This document shows, one piece after another, positions 18,177-28,849 of a DNA stretch of 64,000 bases. The stretch lies in contig VFHL01000006.1 in assembly GCA_009392005.1 (NCBI GenBank), positions 10,671 through 74,670 on the forward strand. The letters run 5' to 3'. Under the pieces are notes generated by a model. It was not told where the DNA came from. It saw only the letters and a list, made by a program, of their open reading frames with translations, and ran no database searches. The translations under genes were made by a program, and so were the position numbers. The DNA is from SAR202 cluster bacterium. Its GTDB lineage: Bacteria > Chloroflexota > Dehalococcoidia > UBA6926 > VFHL01. The number at the start of each line of letters is the position of its first letter. The stretch's first letter is position 1.

Positions 18177-19883
18177 GTGGCGACTATTCAACATGACGTA
18201 ATTATTATTGGTGGTGGTTTGGCTGGCATGCGAGCTGCTCACGAAGCTCTCACCCAGGGCGGAGATGTCGCCATGATATCCAAAATATACCCTACGCGTT
18301 CCCACTCTGCGGCGGCCCAAGGTGGAATGCAAGCAGCCTTGACGGAAGAAGATTCTTGGGAATCCCACGCCTACGATACTGTTAAGGGTTCTGATTATTT
18401 AGGCGATCAAGATGCAATTGAAATCTTATGCCGCGAAGGCGTGGATGACATTATTGCAATGGAACGCATGGGTGTAATCTTTAACCGAGATGAATCAGGC
18501 AAGATTGATGCCCGTGCATTCGGAGGAACATCCGCAAAGAGAACTTGCTTTGTAGCCGACCAAACTGGGCAAGCATTACTTCATGTGATGTGGGAGCAAC
18601 TACTTCGCCTTGGTCTAAAGACATATGATGAATGGTTTGTAACTGACCTCTTGGTCGAAAACAATCGATGTGTAGGATCGGTCGCAATGCAAATCTCCAC
18701 TGGCCAGTTACATCTCGTTCGTGCCAAAGCAACGGTACTTTGCACAGGTGGCGCAGGGCACATTTACGCCCCCTCGACAAATGGCCTAGCCGTAACAGCG
18801 GACGGATTAGGAATGGCATACAGAGCTGGCGCTTCATTAATGGATATGGAGGGCGTCCAGCATCATCCCACAACTCTGAAATCGAACGGAGTGCTGATAA
18901 CAGAAGGCGCTCGCGGAGAAGGAGCATATCTCCTTAACTCAAAGGGTGAACGGTTCATGGAAAACTATGCACCAAACATGCTAGAGCTTGCTTCACGGGA
19001 TGTTGTATCACGAGCAGAAACGACCGAGATACTTGAAGGCCGTGGTGTTGACGGAACCGTTTTCATCGACCTACGGCATCTAGGACGAGAACTTATCACT
19101 ACTAAATTAGCGCAAATATACGAATTGGCCCGAGATTACGCCAATTGCAATGTGATAGAAGAACCACTCCCAATTCAACCTGGATATCACTACCTCATGG
19201 GTGGGATAAAAACCGACGTCGATGGGCGAACTTGGGACGTAAGTGGCAACAATAAGTGGAAAGGTGTTGAGGCTTTATTCGCAGCAGGGGAAACTGCCAA
19301 TGTAAGCGTTCATGGCGGGAACAGACTTGGCGGAAATTCTCTTTTGGATACGGTTGTTTTCGGACGACGAACAGGTGCAGGTGCAGTCGAATACGCTAAA
19401 TCCGTGGATTATGGGGAGATTAGTGAAGCTTCGGTGAAAGACACCGAAGCACGTATCAAAAGTCTTTTTGACCGACCAGATGGCGTGCGATCAGCTACCC
19501 TGCGACGTGAAATGGGAGCAGCGATGAACGACGGTATTGCAGTGTTTCGCAACGAAGAAAGTATGAATATAGCGCTCCAAAAAGTGCGTGCCCTAAAAGA
19601 GAAGCTACCCGAAGTATCACTTCATAATTCTGGCAGAATATTTAACACCGACCTATTAGCATATTTTGAATTGGAAAACATGATGGATGTTGCAGAAGCA
19701 ATAGCCTTGAGCGCTCTTAGCCGCAAAGAAAGCCGTGGAGCACATGCCAGAACGGACTTCCCAGATCGGGACGATGAAAACTGGCTGAAACACACTCTTG
19801 CCACGAAAGGCAACAGTGGGCCAGAGATCTCGTATCTCCCAGTTACGATCACAAAATGGGAACCTACCGTGAGGAGTTATTAA
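18177..19883 (+). CDS. sdhA: succinate dehydrogenase / fumarate reductase flavoprotein subunit
   Basis: GGGLAGMRAA FAD motif, RSHSAAAQGG covalent-FAD histidine region, HARTDFPDRDD. No Tat signal, so cytoplasmic. Confidence 0.95.
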   Translation: MATIQHDVIIIGGGLAGMRAAHEALTQGGDVAMISKIYPTRSHSAAAQGGMQAALTEEDSWESHAYDTVKGSDYLGDQDAIEILCREGVDDIIAMERMGVIFNRDESGKIDARAFGGTSAKRTCFVADQTGQALLHVMWEQLLRLGLKTYDEWFVTDLLVENNRCVGSVAMQISTGQLHLVRAKATVLCTGGAGHIYAPSTNGLAVTADGLGMAYRAGASLMDMEGVQHHPTTLKSNGVLITEGARGEGAYLLNSKGERFMENYAPNMLELASRDVVSRAETTEILEGRGVDGTVFIDLRHLGRELITTKLAQIYELARDYANCNVIEEPLPIQPGYHYLMGGIKTDVDGRTWDVSGNNKWKGVEALFAAGETANVSVHGGNRLGGNSLLDTVVFGRRTGAGAVEYAKSVDYGEISEASVKDTEARIKSLFDRPDGVRSATLRREMGAAMNDGIAVFRNEESMNIALQKVRALKEKLPEVSLHNSGRIFNTDLLAYFELENMMDVAEAIALSALSRKESRGAHARTDFPDRDDENWLKHTLATKGNSGPEISYLPVTITKWEPTVRSY

Positions 19884-20833
19884 TGCAAGCAAATTTGAAA
19901 ATCCAGCGCTATGATCCAGAAGTGGGCGAAGAACCTAGATACGACAGCCATCAATTAGATTTACCTGAATATGCTACTGTCCTGGATGCTCTTTTGCAGA
20001 TCCGTGACGATGTTGATGGCTCGTTGGCAATGCGCGCTTCCTGCAGGAGTGCGATTTGCGGATCATGTTCCATGCGAATAAATGGTGAAGCACGCTTAGC
20101 GTGTAAAACGCTCATCGCAAATATTGTACAAGTTGAAGGAGCAGAAGTTACCATTGAACCAATGGGCAACATGCCAGTTGTCAAAGACTTAGTTGTTGAC
20201 ATGTCAATGTTCTGGGACAAAGTACAGAAAATCCAACCAGGGCTACTACCCAAAACACCTGAACCGGAACGTGAATTTATTGTTTCTAATGATTCAATGC
20301 TGGATTTAGCAACTGCGTTGAATTGCATAATGTGTGGCGCATGCGTATCTGACTGTACCGTTCTTGAAGTTGACAAGGAATTCATCGGACCTGCAGCTCT
20401 CGCAAAAGCTTACAGGTTTTCTAATGATCCGAGAGATAATGCAACTGATTTACGACTCGATCTTTACAGCCAAGAAAACTATATTTGGAGCTGTACCAGA
20501 TGTTTTCAGTGTGTCCAAGTATGCCCGAAGGACGTTGCACCAATGGAAAAAATTATGTCCCTGCGAAAACAAACGATTGAAGCAGGGCACACCAATAATC
20601 CCGGTACCCGTCATACACAAGCATTTGCAGATTCAATTAGAAAAACTGGACGCCTAGATGAGATTCGCTTGACAGTAAAGGCTTTCGGTATAACAAATAT
20701 CACAGCAATGATTCAATTGATCCCAATAGGATGGAGAGCATTCAGACATAAAAAGATGCCCCATCTTTTGCCAAAATCGATATCATCAATCAAGAATGTC
20801 CGCCGTATCATGGACAAACTGGGGAACGAATAA
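19883..20833 (+). CDS. sdhB: succinate dehydrogenase iron-sulfur subunit
   Basis: 2Fe-2S CRSAICGSC plus two 4Fe-4S-type clusters CIMCGACVSDC and CTRCFQCVQVCP. The start is chosen as ATG at 19883 (TAATG overlap with sdhA, GAGGAG SD). The ORF track begins at 19856. Confidence 0.9.
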   Translation: MQANLKIQRYDPEVGEEPRYDSHQLDLPEYATVLDALLQIRDDVDGSLAMRASCRSAICGSCSMRINGEARLACKTLIANIVQVEGAEVTIEPMGNMPVVKDLVVDMSMFWDKVQKIQPGLLPKTPEPEREFIVSNDSMLDLATALNCIMCGACVSDCTVLEVDKEFIGPAALAKAYRFSNDPRDNATDLRLDLYSQENYIWSCTRCFQCVQVCPKDVAPMEKIMSLRKQTIEAGHTNNPGTRHTQAFADSIRKTGRLDEIRLTVKAFGITNITAMIQLIPIGWRAFRHKKMPHLLPKSISSIKNVRRIMDKLGNE

Positions 20834-21723
20834 TGCGTTACGCTTTCTGGCCGGGATGTGTATCAAAAGGTGGAACACCCGAACTCTACCCTACGGCAAC
20901 ATCCGTCGCCGAAAAGGTCGGGATGGAACTCGTGGAATTAGACCAAGCTACGTGTACTGGAGCAGGAGCTCTCGGCGAACATGACCCTAAGTTGGTGGAC
21001 GTCCTAAATGCTCGGACATTCGCATTAGCCGAGCGTGAAGGTTTAGACACGCTTTTGACCATTTGTTCAACTTGCCAAGGTGTAATGGCGGCCGTAAATT
21101 ACCGTCTCCGTGAACAGCCGGAATATCTCGCTGAAATCAATGAAACCTTGCGTGAAGAAGGTCTGGAATATAAGGGGACGCTCACAGTAACACACATGAT
21201 GTGGGCGCTTGTTGAAGAGGTTGGGATCGACCATCTGAAAACCATGGTTTTCAGACCGCTACGAGGAGTCAAAATAGCACCGTTTTACGGATGCTATATA
21301 CTGCGACCTAGATACGTTCTTGGCATGAATGAACATCCCAATCGAGAGAATTACCTAGAAAAACTTATTGAAGCGGTTGGGGCCGAACCAGTCGACTATG
21401 AAGGGAAATCAAAATGCTGCGGATTTCCAATCTTGACCATTAACAACGATACCGCTGTAACCATGGTTGGTAATCACTCTTCGGAAGCGAAAGAGAACGG
21501 TGCACATGTAATGGTTACTCCGTGCCCGCTGTGCCACCTTAATTTAGATGGTTACCAGCCGAACGCATCAAGCAAAAGAGGAAATAACATTAACTTACCT
21601 GTATTGCATTTGCCTCAAATGATCGGAGCTGCTCTGGGATTCAATGAAACTGAACTACATCTTAAAAGACACATCATTTCAACAGATTCATTCGTCGAAA
21701 TGTCAGGGATTCAGAGAGCCTAA
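20833..21723 (+). CDS. SDH/FRD third subunit with two CCG cysteine-rich domains (HdrB/SdhE-like)
   Basis: Two Cx(n)CCGx(n)CxxC-type domains, including a literal CCGFP...CPLC. TAATG overlap with sdhB. Confidence 0.8.
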   Translation: MRYAFWPGCVSKGGTPELYPTATSVAEKVGMELVELDQATCTGAGALGEHDPKLVDVLNARTFALAEREGLDTLLTICSTCQGVMAAVNYRLREQPEYLAEINETLREEGLEYKGTLTVTHMMWALVEEVGIDHLKTMVFRPLRGVKIAPFYGCYILRPRYVLGMNEHPNRENYLEKLIEAVGAEPVDYEGKSKCCGFPILTINNDTAVTMVGNHSSEAKENGAHVMVTPCPLCHLNLDGYQPNASSKRGNNINLPVLHLPQMIGAALGFNETELHLKRHIISTDSFVEMSGIQRA

Positions 21724-21784
21724 ACAAAACCCGAAGTAGCGCATCATGAAAAATGTTCTTTGTTTGATACATCTGCAAAATGAA

Positions 21785-21815
21785 ATGGGGCCTCTAGAAA
21801 GAGGCCCCATTTTTT
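21785..21815. terminator. bidirectional intrinsic terminator between convergent sdh and SDR operons
   Basis: Perfect 11-bp stem ATGGGGCCTCT/AGAGGCCCCAT with loop AGAA, followed by T5; A-rich on the other side. Confidence 0.75.
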
Positions 21816-21835
21816 CCCTTAAAGTATCGCCTTTG

Positions 21836-22828
21836 CTATGCTCCTCCTGCTGATGGAGTGGGCGCTCCGCCAATAACATCACCACCAATACGAACTCGAT
21901 TCCCTGCAGTCACATCCGCGGCAGTTTGTCCCTGCAACGGAGCAAGACCTTGGAATAATGTCTTGGGAAGGGTTTCAAAAAGTTCATCAATATCCCACTG
22001 CTTGTCGGAATAGAGGTTACGGATAATCTCTTCATCTTTATACAACTTGTATGTCCAACCCGACGTCGCAAAAATTCGCCCGCTCACATGACTTGCTTCA
22101 GGGCTTGAGAGAAATACGACAGCCGGAGCGTTATTGTAAGGGTCCCGCTCTGTTCCTCCCGCAGTTTCGCTTGGAAGAGGCGTGCCATCACGAATCGCTT
22201 TTTGAGAAGCCAATCCCCTATCGGTCATCCTTGTTGCGGCACCTGGAAAAATTGCGTTTGACGTCACGTTGTAGCGAACAAGCGCATTCGCCGTACTTCT
22301 GGTAAAGCCAACGATACCCATTTTAGCTGCCGAGTAATTCGGCTGACCTGGAGAACCCAGTGCTGCTCCCGAACTGAAAGCAAGCAAGCGCCCATACTCT
22401 CGTCTTTGACGCCAATGAATTGCCGCAAATTTAGTTGGTGCGAAACAACCCTTTAAGTGGATCCGCACTACATCATCCCACTCATCTTCCGTCATATTGA
22501 AAATCATTCGTTCACGAAGAATACCAGCCGTACATATCAATATATCCATCTGGCCATAGGTATCGATCGCTGTGCCTATCGCGTTCTCCGAGTCTTCCAT
22601 ACTCGAAACATCACCATGGAACGCGATCGCTTCTCCACCTGCATTTTTGATAATTTCTACAGTTTCGTGCACTGGGTTATCAGCGAGTGGTTTTCCTTCA
22701 ACATCAACTCCGAGGTCCCAAGCTACAACCTTTGCTCCCTCACTAGCTAATGTTACCGCTGTGGCGCGGCCCATACCAACCGCTGCACCTGTAACTACTG
22801 CGACTTTGCCATCTAGTCTACCCATCAC
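21836..22828 (-). CDS. SDR oxidoreductase, HSD17B4/MFE-2-type (paralog 1 of 4)
   Basis: GKVAVVTGAAVGMG Rossmann motif, Y-SAAK catalytic pair, NAG replaced by TAGILRERM, and APNAG-like IFPGAATRMTD as in MFE-2 dehydrogenase domains. About 70-aa C-terminal extension. Confidence 0.85.
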   Translation of the reverse strand: MMGRLDGKVAVVTGAAVGMGRATAVTLASEGAKVVAWDLGVDVEGKPLADNPVHETVEIIKNAGGEAIAFHGDVSSMEDSENAIGTAIDTYGQMDILICTAGILRERMIFNMTEDEWDDVVRIHLKGCFAPTKFAAIHWRQRREYGRLLAFSSGAALGSPGQPNYSAAKMGIVGFTRSTANALVRYNVTSNAIFPGAATRMTDRGLASQKAIRDGTPLPSETAGGTERDPYNNAPAVVFLSSPEASHVSGRIFATSGWTYKLYKDEEIIRNLYSDKQWDIDELFETLPKTLFQGLAPLQGQTAADVTAGNRVRIGGDVIGGAPTPSAGGA

Positions 22829-22843
22829 GTTATCTCCTTGTCT

Positions 22844-23806
22844 TTATGCATTTGGTGTTGTTGGTGCGCCACGCTCGGCTCGAATCGAATCCGCCGTACG
22901 AGCACCTGGAAGTTCTAGATCATGTGTCAATGCTTCATCAAAATGTTCAAACACATAATCCATATCCCATGGTTTCTCACCCGAATGTAATTCACGCATG
23001 ACCTCAGGATCGTTATATAACCCAAAGTGCCATCCCACCGCCTGAATCACTTTACCACTTACATTTCGCCCTTCTGGACTTGCCAAGAAAACCAGCATCG
23101 GTGGGACATTGAAGGCATCCCGATCTGTACCAGCGCCCCAATGCACTTGACTAGGTGGGGCATCACCACCCCGGATTTTATCTGCAGTACCAAGTGAACG
23201 GTCATTCATCCTTGTCGCAGCTCCCGGCGTGATGGCATTCGCAGTGACTTCATAGCGCGCCATCGCCAGTGCAGTGCTGCGTATAAACCCAACAATCCCA
23301 GCCTTCGCTGCAGCATAATTAGGCTGGCCCGCAGAACCGAGAAAGGCCCCCGAGCTAAACGCGATTAGTCGCCCATATTCCCGTCGTTGCCGCCAGTGAA
23401 TAGCCGCGAATTTCGTAGGCGCAAATGTACCTTTCATATGAACCCGGACAACATCGTCCCATTCTTCTTCAATCATATTGAAGATCATTCGCTCGCGCAG
23501 AATACCGGCAATACAGGTCAATATATCCAATTGGCCCCAAGTATCAATAACTGTTCTAACAGCATCCTCAGAATCGCTCATGCTGGAGACGTCCCCATAG
23601 AAAGGAACCGCCTCTCCACCAGCTTCTTTAATAATTTCCACAGTTTCATCAACTGGATTGTTCTGAAGCGCTCGTCCTTCAACATCAACGCCAAGATCCC
23701 ACGCTAGTACTTTAGCGCCTTGCCTTGCATAAGTTATAGCTGTAGCCTTACCCATACCTGTTCCGGCACCAGTCACGATCGCTGTCTTACCATTTAGGTG
23801 ACCCAT
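22844..23806 (-). CDS. SDR oxidoreductase, HSD17B4/MFE-2-type (paralog 2 of 4)
   Basis: Same motif set: MGHLNGKTAIVTGAGTGMGKA...NYAAAK...ITPGAATRMND. Confidence 0.85.
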   Translation of the reverse strand: MGHLNGKTAIVTGAGTGMGKATAITYARQGAKVLAWDLGVDVEGRALQNNPVDETVEIIKEAGGEAVPFYGDVSSMSDSEDAVRTVIDTWGQLDILTCIAGILRERMIFNMIEEEWDDVVRVHMKGTFAPTKFAAIHWRQRREYGRLIAFSSGAFLGSAGQPNYAAAKAGIVGFIRSTALAMARYEVTANAITPGAATRMNDRSLGTADKIRGGDAPPSQVHWGAGTDRDAFNVPPMLVFLASPEGRNVSGKVIQAVGWHFGLYNDPEVMRELHSGEKPWDMDYVFEHFDEALTHDLELPGARTADSIRAERGAPTTPNA

Positions 23807-23906
23807 GTCCCCCCTCCATTCCTAGGTCTCCATGCATCAACTTGCCTATCATGTTTTCCCGCAATAACGTACCAAACCTAAATCGGGTTTCAGTCTTGAT
23901 CTTTGG

Positions 23907-24848
23907 TTATAGACTCCCACGATTCCCGGCGGTTACATCCGCTGCATTAAAGCCTTTCACGGCTTCCATACCCTCCGCCAACGTCTGTGGCATCTGCTCG
24001 AAGAGCTTATCCATATCCCAAGGACCCGGGGAGTATAAGTGCCTTACCGTGCTTTCATCACTGTACAATCGATAAGTCCACCCACTAGAACCAAACATTC
24101 GCCCTGTGATATTTCCACCTGCCTCACTCGCAAGGTAAGTCACTATTGGCGCATTATTAAATGGATCACCGGGTGTTCCACCTGCCACTGTACTTGGAAG
24201 AGGTTTCCCATCGCGAATAGCTTGCTGTGCTGTCAATGTGTTATCCGTCATACGTGTCGCCGCGCCAGGGAACACTCCATTTGACGTCACGTTATACCGG
24301 ACAAGCGCATCCGCTGTACTACGAATAAAACTTACGATACCCATTTTCGCTGCACCATAATTAGGTTGCCCGGGAGAACCGTGTGCTGCCGTTGAACTAA
24401 ATCCAATGAGACGCCCATATTCACGTCGTTGTCGCCAATGAACCGCAGCAAATTTCGTCGGAGCAAAATGCCCCTTTAAATGTACCCGAATCACATCATC
24501 CCATTCGTCTTCTGTCATATTAAAAACCATACGTTCACGCAAAAATCCTGCTGGACAGACAAGGATATCAAGCTTCCCGTAAGTATCAATCGCAGTACCG
24601 ATAGCGTTTTCCGCATCAGTCATGTTCGCAACATCACCGTGAAAAGCGATTGCTTCTCCACCTGCCTCTTTGATTTCTTCAACAACCTTATGAACCGGGT
24701 TATCTTCCATCGGTCGACCGTCTAGAGTAACACCAAGATCCCAAGCCACCACCTTTGCACCCTGTTGCGCAAACGTGATAGCGACGGCTCGGCCCATACC
24801 CATAGCGGCCCCAGTCACCACTGCTACTTTTCCATCAAGATGGCCCAT
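23907..24848 (-). CDS. SDR oxidoreductase, HSD17B4/MFE-2-type (paralog 3 of 4)
   Basis: MGHLDGKVAVVTGAAMGMGRA...NYGAAK...VFPGAATRMTD. AAGGAG SD in the 86-nt spacer. Confidence 0.85.
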   Translation of the reverse strand: MGHLDGKVAVVTGAAMGMGRAVAITFAQQGAKVVAWDLGVTLDGRPMEDNPVHKVVEEIKEAGGEAIAFHGDVANMTDAENAIGTAIDTYGKLDILVCPAGFLRERMVFNMTEDEWDDVIRVHLKGHFAPTKFAAVHWRQRREYGRLIGFSSTAAHGSPGQPNYGAAKMGIVSFIRSTADALVRYNVTSNGVFPGAATRMTDNTLTAQQAIRDGKPLPSTVAGGTPGDPFNNAPIVTYLASEAGGNITGRMFGSSGWTYRLYSDESTVRHLYSPGPWDMDKLFEQMPQTLAEGMEAVKGFNAADVTAGNRGSL

Positions 24849-24934
24849 GACTCTGTCTCCTTATATCCACTTAGTTAGTAATTGTGATTTATCGTTTTTT
24901 TACTGATATCCGCTAGACACGGATTGATACCAAT

Positions 24935-25864
24935 TTAGTTTCCTTGTCGGATATCATCCGCTGTCCGACCTATTGGTGTGGTCATGTCATATGACAAAGC
25001 CTCATGGAATTTATCAAATACCATGTCCATATCCCATGGCCCATCAGAATGTAAAAAGCGGACTTCTCGAGGCTCATCGTACAAACCGTAATGCCAGCCT
25101 TCTGCTCGCCATACACGCCCAGATGCAACCCTACCCGCATCGCTTGACAGCCATACTAGAAGGGGTGGGACATTAAAGGGATCTCGATCAGTCCCTGCGG
25201 CAACAGTACTTGGCACAGGGCTACCTTTTCGAATCAACTCTTGTGACTGTAACGTATTGTCAGTCATACGAGTCGCCGCGGATGGGCAAATCGCATTGGC
25301 AGTCACTTCGTAACGCGCCATCGCAAGTGCCGTACTCCGAACAAATCCAATAATGCCGCCCTTTGCTGCAGAATAGTTTGGTTGACCAGCGCCACCTTCA
25401 AATGCACCGGAACTGAACGCGGTTAAACGCCCAAACTCACGCCGTTGCCGCCAGTGAATTGCTGCGAATTTTGTAGGCGCAAATGTGCCTTTTAAATGCA
25501 CTCGGATAACATCATCCCATTCATCTTCGGTCATGTTAAAAACCATGCGCTCTCGCAAGATACCCGCAATACACGTTAAAATATCTAACTTGCCCCAGGT
25601 GTCGACAGCAGTACCTATGGCTTTTTCAGCATCCTCCATGCTTGCCACATCGCCATGGAATGCTATTGCCTCTCCGCCTTCAGCCTGGATTTCCTCTACC
25701 ACCTCATCAACTGGGTTTTTATCAAGAGATTTACCATCAAGCGCAACACCTAAGTCCCATGCAAGGACCTTCGCGCCTTCTCTCGCGTAGGTAATCGCGG
25801 TCGCCCTACCCATACCTGCTCCAGCACCAGTTACAACTGCTACTTTTCCGTCAAGATGACCCAT
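24935..25864 (-). CDS. SDR oxidoreductase, HSD17B4/MFE-2-type (paralog 4 of 4)
   Basis: MGHLDGKVAVVTGAGAGMGRA...NYSAAK...ICPSAATRMTD. Confidence 0.85.
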   Translation of the reverse strand: MGHLDGKVAVVTGAGAGMGRATAITYAREGAKVLAWDLGVALDGKSLDKNPVDEVVEEIQAEGGEAIAFHGDVASMEDAEKAIGTAVDTWGKLDILTCIAGILRERMVFNMTEDEWDDVIRVHLKGTFAPTKFAAIHWRQRREFGRLTAFSSGAFEGGAGQPNYSAAKGGIIGFVRSTALAMARYEVTANAICPSAATRMTDNTLQSQELIRKGSPVPSTVAAGTDRDPFNVPPLLVWLSSDAGRVASGRVWRAEGWHYGLYDEPREVRFLHSDGPWDMDMVFDKFHEALSYDMTTPIGRTADDIRQGN

Positions 25865-26290
25865 ATCTTCCCTCCTAAATGTGCTCCATCTTCCAACATA
25901 AAAACGTTAACGGTTTGACGGTCAGTGATGTACTCAAAATGGACGTGATTTGAATAGTTTCTCCATAACACATCCAGGTGGTTTTTCGCACATTCTACGC
26001 GGGCCGCCGTTCATCGGAACGGACAGGCCTGAGATCATGCCAAATGAACGCATACACCCTCTGCACGCCTTACACGTATCTATATAATACACCACCACTC
26101 AAGGGGAAGTCGGTATCATTTCGGTAACACAATCTTAATCCCGTGATCAAAGAGGTTATGAAAAAATGAGAGATAGTTACCCGCATAAAAAAAGCCCCAC
26201 ATTGTGAAGCTTTTAATTTATATGCAACCACTATTATGCAACCATCGCCAATAAAACCCTATAAGCGACCAATGGTCTGTAGAACAAAAA

Positions 26291-27220
26291 TTACAAAGAA
26301 TCCATCGCGTCTACGAGCTCTTGAACGGCCTCCACAGAACCACTCAATTGCGATTTCTCTTCATTATCCAACTCGATCTCAATGATTTGCTCAATACCTG
26401 CGGCTCCCAATTTCACCGGAACACCAACAAGTAAGCCATCGACACCATACTCACCTTCAAGATAAGCGGCACATGGAAGAATGCGCTTTTTATCCAAAAG
26501 AATTGATTCTGTCATCTGAAGAATGGCAGCAGCTGGCGCATAAAAGGCGCTCCCGGTTTTCAGTAAATTCACAATTTCCCCACCACCATCGCGGGTCCTT
26601 TGAACAATTGCATCGATCCGATCTTGGGATAGCAAAGATGCAAGGGGAAACCCACCAACTGTCGTATAACGCACCAGGGGGACCATAGTGTCACCGTGCC
26701 CGCCCAAAACATATGCCTGAACATCTTCAACCGATACGTTTAATTCTTGTGCGATAAAAGTCCGCATCCTCGCAGTATCAAGAACACCCGCCATTCCCAC
26801 AACTCGCTCACGCGGGAATCCACTTTTCTTAAATGCTAAGTGCGCCATAGCATCCAAAGGATTACTGACTATCATTAAGATGGAATTTGGCGAGCGAGAA
26901 ACCACCTCTTCGATCACGCTATTCATAATCCCCATGTTAGTTTTCAAAAGATCGTCACGACTCATACCTGGACGTCGCGCTATACCTGCAGTAATGACTA
27001 CAAGATCAGAATCTGCCGTCTCATCATAGGTGTTTGCACCAATAATCTGAGAATCGTAGCCAAGGACTGGTCCACTCTCCAACAAATCCAACGCTTTTCC
27101 TTGAGGCATACCCTCAACAACATCGACAAGAACTACATCAGCGAACCCCTTCTCAACTATGCGCTGCGCAGCTGTTGCACCAACATTTCCGGCTCCCACA
27201 ACGGTAACTTTGCTCTTCAT
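26291..27220 (-). CDS. mdh: malate dehydrogenase (LDH-like family)
   Basis: [10 protein letters not shown] Rossmann motif, substrate-loop [12 protein letters not shown], catalytic GGHGD. Confidence 0.93.
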   Translation of the reverse strand: MKSKVTVVGAGNVGATAAQRIVEKGFADVVLVDVVEGMPQGKALDLLESGPVLGYDSQIIGANTYDETADSDLVVITAGIARRPGMSRDDLLKTNMGIMNSVIEEVVSRSPNSILMIVSNPLDAMAHLAFKKSGFPRERVVGMAGVLDTARMRTFIAQELNVSVEDVQAYVLGGHGDTMVPLVRYTTVGGFPLASLLSQDRIDAIVQRTRDGGGEIVNLLKTGSAFYAPAAAILQMTESILLDKKRILPCAAYLEGEYGVDGLLVGVPVKLGAAGIEQIIEIELDNEEKSQLSGSVEAVQELVDAMDSL

Positions 27221-27295
27221 GGCGTCCTATCCTTACATCTTAGTTCGGTTGCTGGAAACACATATCGTTTCTCCAGCATTCTGTAATCACTATTA

Positions 27296-28849
27296 TTAGA
27301 GTGGAATATTCCCGTGCTTCTTGGGTGGCAATGAATCTCTTTTGTTTTCCAACATTTTTAACGCACGAATTATTTTCCCACGTGTTTCGGCAGGATCAAT
27401 CACATCATCAACATATCCACGATTTGCCGCCCGATAAGGATTGTTGAATACATTCGTTAGTTCATCCACGAGTTCAGCTCTTCGCTCTTCAGGATTTTCG
27501 GCCTCGCGCAACTCTGGTCCGTACAGAATGTTGACTGCCCCATCGGCACCCATGACTGCAACTTCACCTTGAGGCCAAATGTAGTTGATGTCGCTACGCA
27601 ACATCACGCTGCTCATCACGATAAATGCACCACCATACGCCTTCCTCGTGATAACGCTTACTTTGGGAACTGTCGCTTCAGAATACGCATAAATCATTTT
27701 CGCACCATGACGAATGATGCCAGCGTACTCTTGTTGTGAACCCGGAAGAAAACCTGGAACATCAACCAGTGAAACTATTGGTATGTTATAGCAATCGCAA
27801 AACCGGATAAAGCGGGCCGCTTTATCCGCTGCATCTACATCCAGACTACCCGCCATGTACGCTGGTTGCTGAGCAACCAATCCTATGGACTTACCATCCA
27901 TTCTCGCAAAACCAACAAGCACATTAGGTGCAAATGATTCTTGAACTTCCATAAAATCTGCGTTATCAACAATCCTGCGAATTACATCTTTCATGTCATA
28001 CGGAACACTCGGATCATCGGGAATAATATCTCGCAATGTTTCATCTGTCCGATCGGGAGAATCATTTGTTAAAACCAGCGGAGGCTGCTCTGAATTGTTT
28101 TGGGGAATATACTCTAGCAATTGCTGAACAATATTAAGCGTCCCCTCCTCGCCTTCACCGGCGAAATGCGCTACACCACTCCTCACCATATGTGTATCGG
28201 CACCACCGAGTTCTTCCATCGTGATTTCTTCACCTGTAACAGCTTTGATAACGCCTGGACCAGTCACAAACATTTGCCCAATCCCGCGTTCCATTATTAC
28301 AAAATCAGTGAGCGCTGGTGAATATACGGCCCCACCTGCTGCTGGCCCCATCACAACAGAAATTTGGGGAACAACACCCGAAAACAACACATTCCGCAAG
28401 AAAATGTTTCCATAACCAAAAAGGCTATCAACACCCTCTTGAATACGTGCCCCTCCCGAATCCATTATGCCAATAACTGGAGCTCCAGTTTTTCCTGCCA
28501 TATCCATAATCTGAGTGATTTTTTCGGCAGCAACCTGAGAAAGTGATCCCCCGAGGATCGTGAAATCCTGCGAAAATACGAACGTACTCCTACCATTCAC
28601 AGTCCCAAATCCAGTGACTACTGAATCGCCTTCAAAAATCTGTTCGCTCATCCCAAAATCCGTCGCTCGGTGAGTTACAAATGGACCGACCTCTTGAAAA
28701 CTTCCATCATCTAACAAATATTCAATTCGCTCGCGGGCGGTTAACTTGCCACGAGAATGTTGTCGTTCAACTGCCTGCTCTCCACCAGCAGCCAATATCT
28801 TTTCTTTTCGTTCCTGCAAATGCTGCAGCTTCTCATTATTGGTGGTCAT
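27296..28849 (-). CDS. acyl-CoA (propionyl-/methylmalonyl-CoA) carboxylase carboxyltransferase beta subunit
   Basis: Duplicated crotonase-like CoA carboxyltransferase N and C domains of the AccD5/PccB family. Confidence 0.88.
   Translation of the reverse strand: MTTNNEKLQHLQERKEKILAAGGEQAVERQHSRGKLTARERIEYLLDDGSFQEVGPFVTHRATDFGMSEQIFEGDSVVTGFGTVNGRSTFVFSQDFTILGGSLSQVAAEKITQIMDMAGKTGAPVIGIMDSGGARIQEGVDSLFGYGNIFLRNVLFSGVVPQISVVMGPAAGGAVYSPALTDFVIMERGIGQMFVTGPGVIKAVTGEEITMEELGGADTHMVRSGVAHFAGEGEEGTLNIVQQLLEYIPQNNSEQPPLVLTNDSPDRTDETLRDIIPDDPSVPYDMKDVIRRIVDNADFMEVQESFAPNVLVGFARMDGKSIGLVAQQPAYMAGSLDVDAADKAARFIRFCDCYNIPIVSLVDVPGFLPGSQQEYAGIIRHGAKMIYAYSEATVPKVSVITRKAYGGAFIVMSSVMLRSDINYIWPQGEVAVMGADGAVNILYGPELREAENPEERRAELVDELTNVFNNPYRAANRGYVDDVIDPAETRGKIIRALKMLENKRDSLPPKKHGNIPL

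Noticed and set aside
25865-26290. 425-nt intergenic region between the SDR array and mdh, searched for small genes, repeats or CRISPR-like structure
   Set aside because: It contains only a short direct repeat (TATGCAACCA twice) and AT-rich promoter-like sequence. There is no ORF above 20 aa with an SD and no repeat array.
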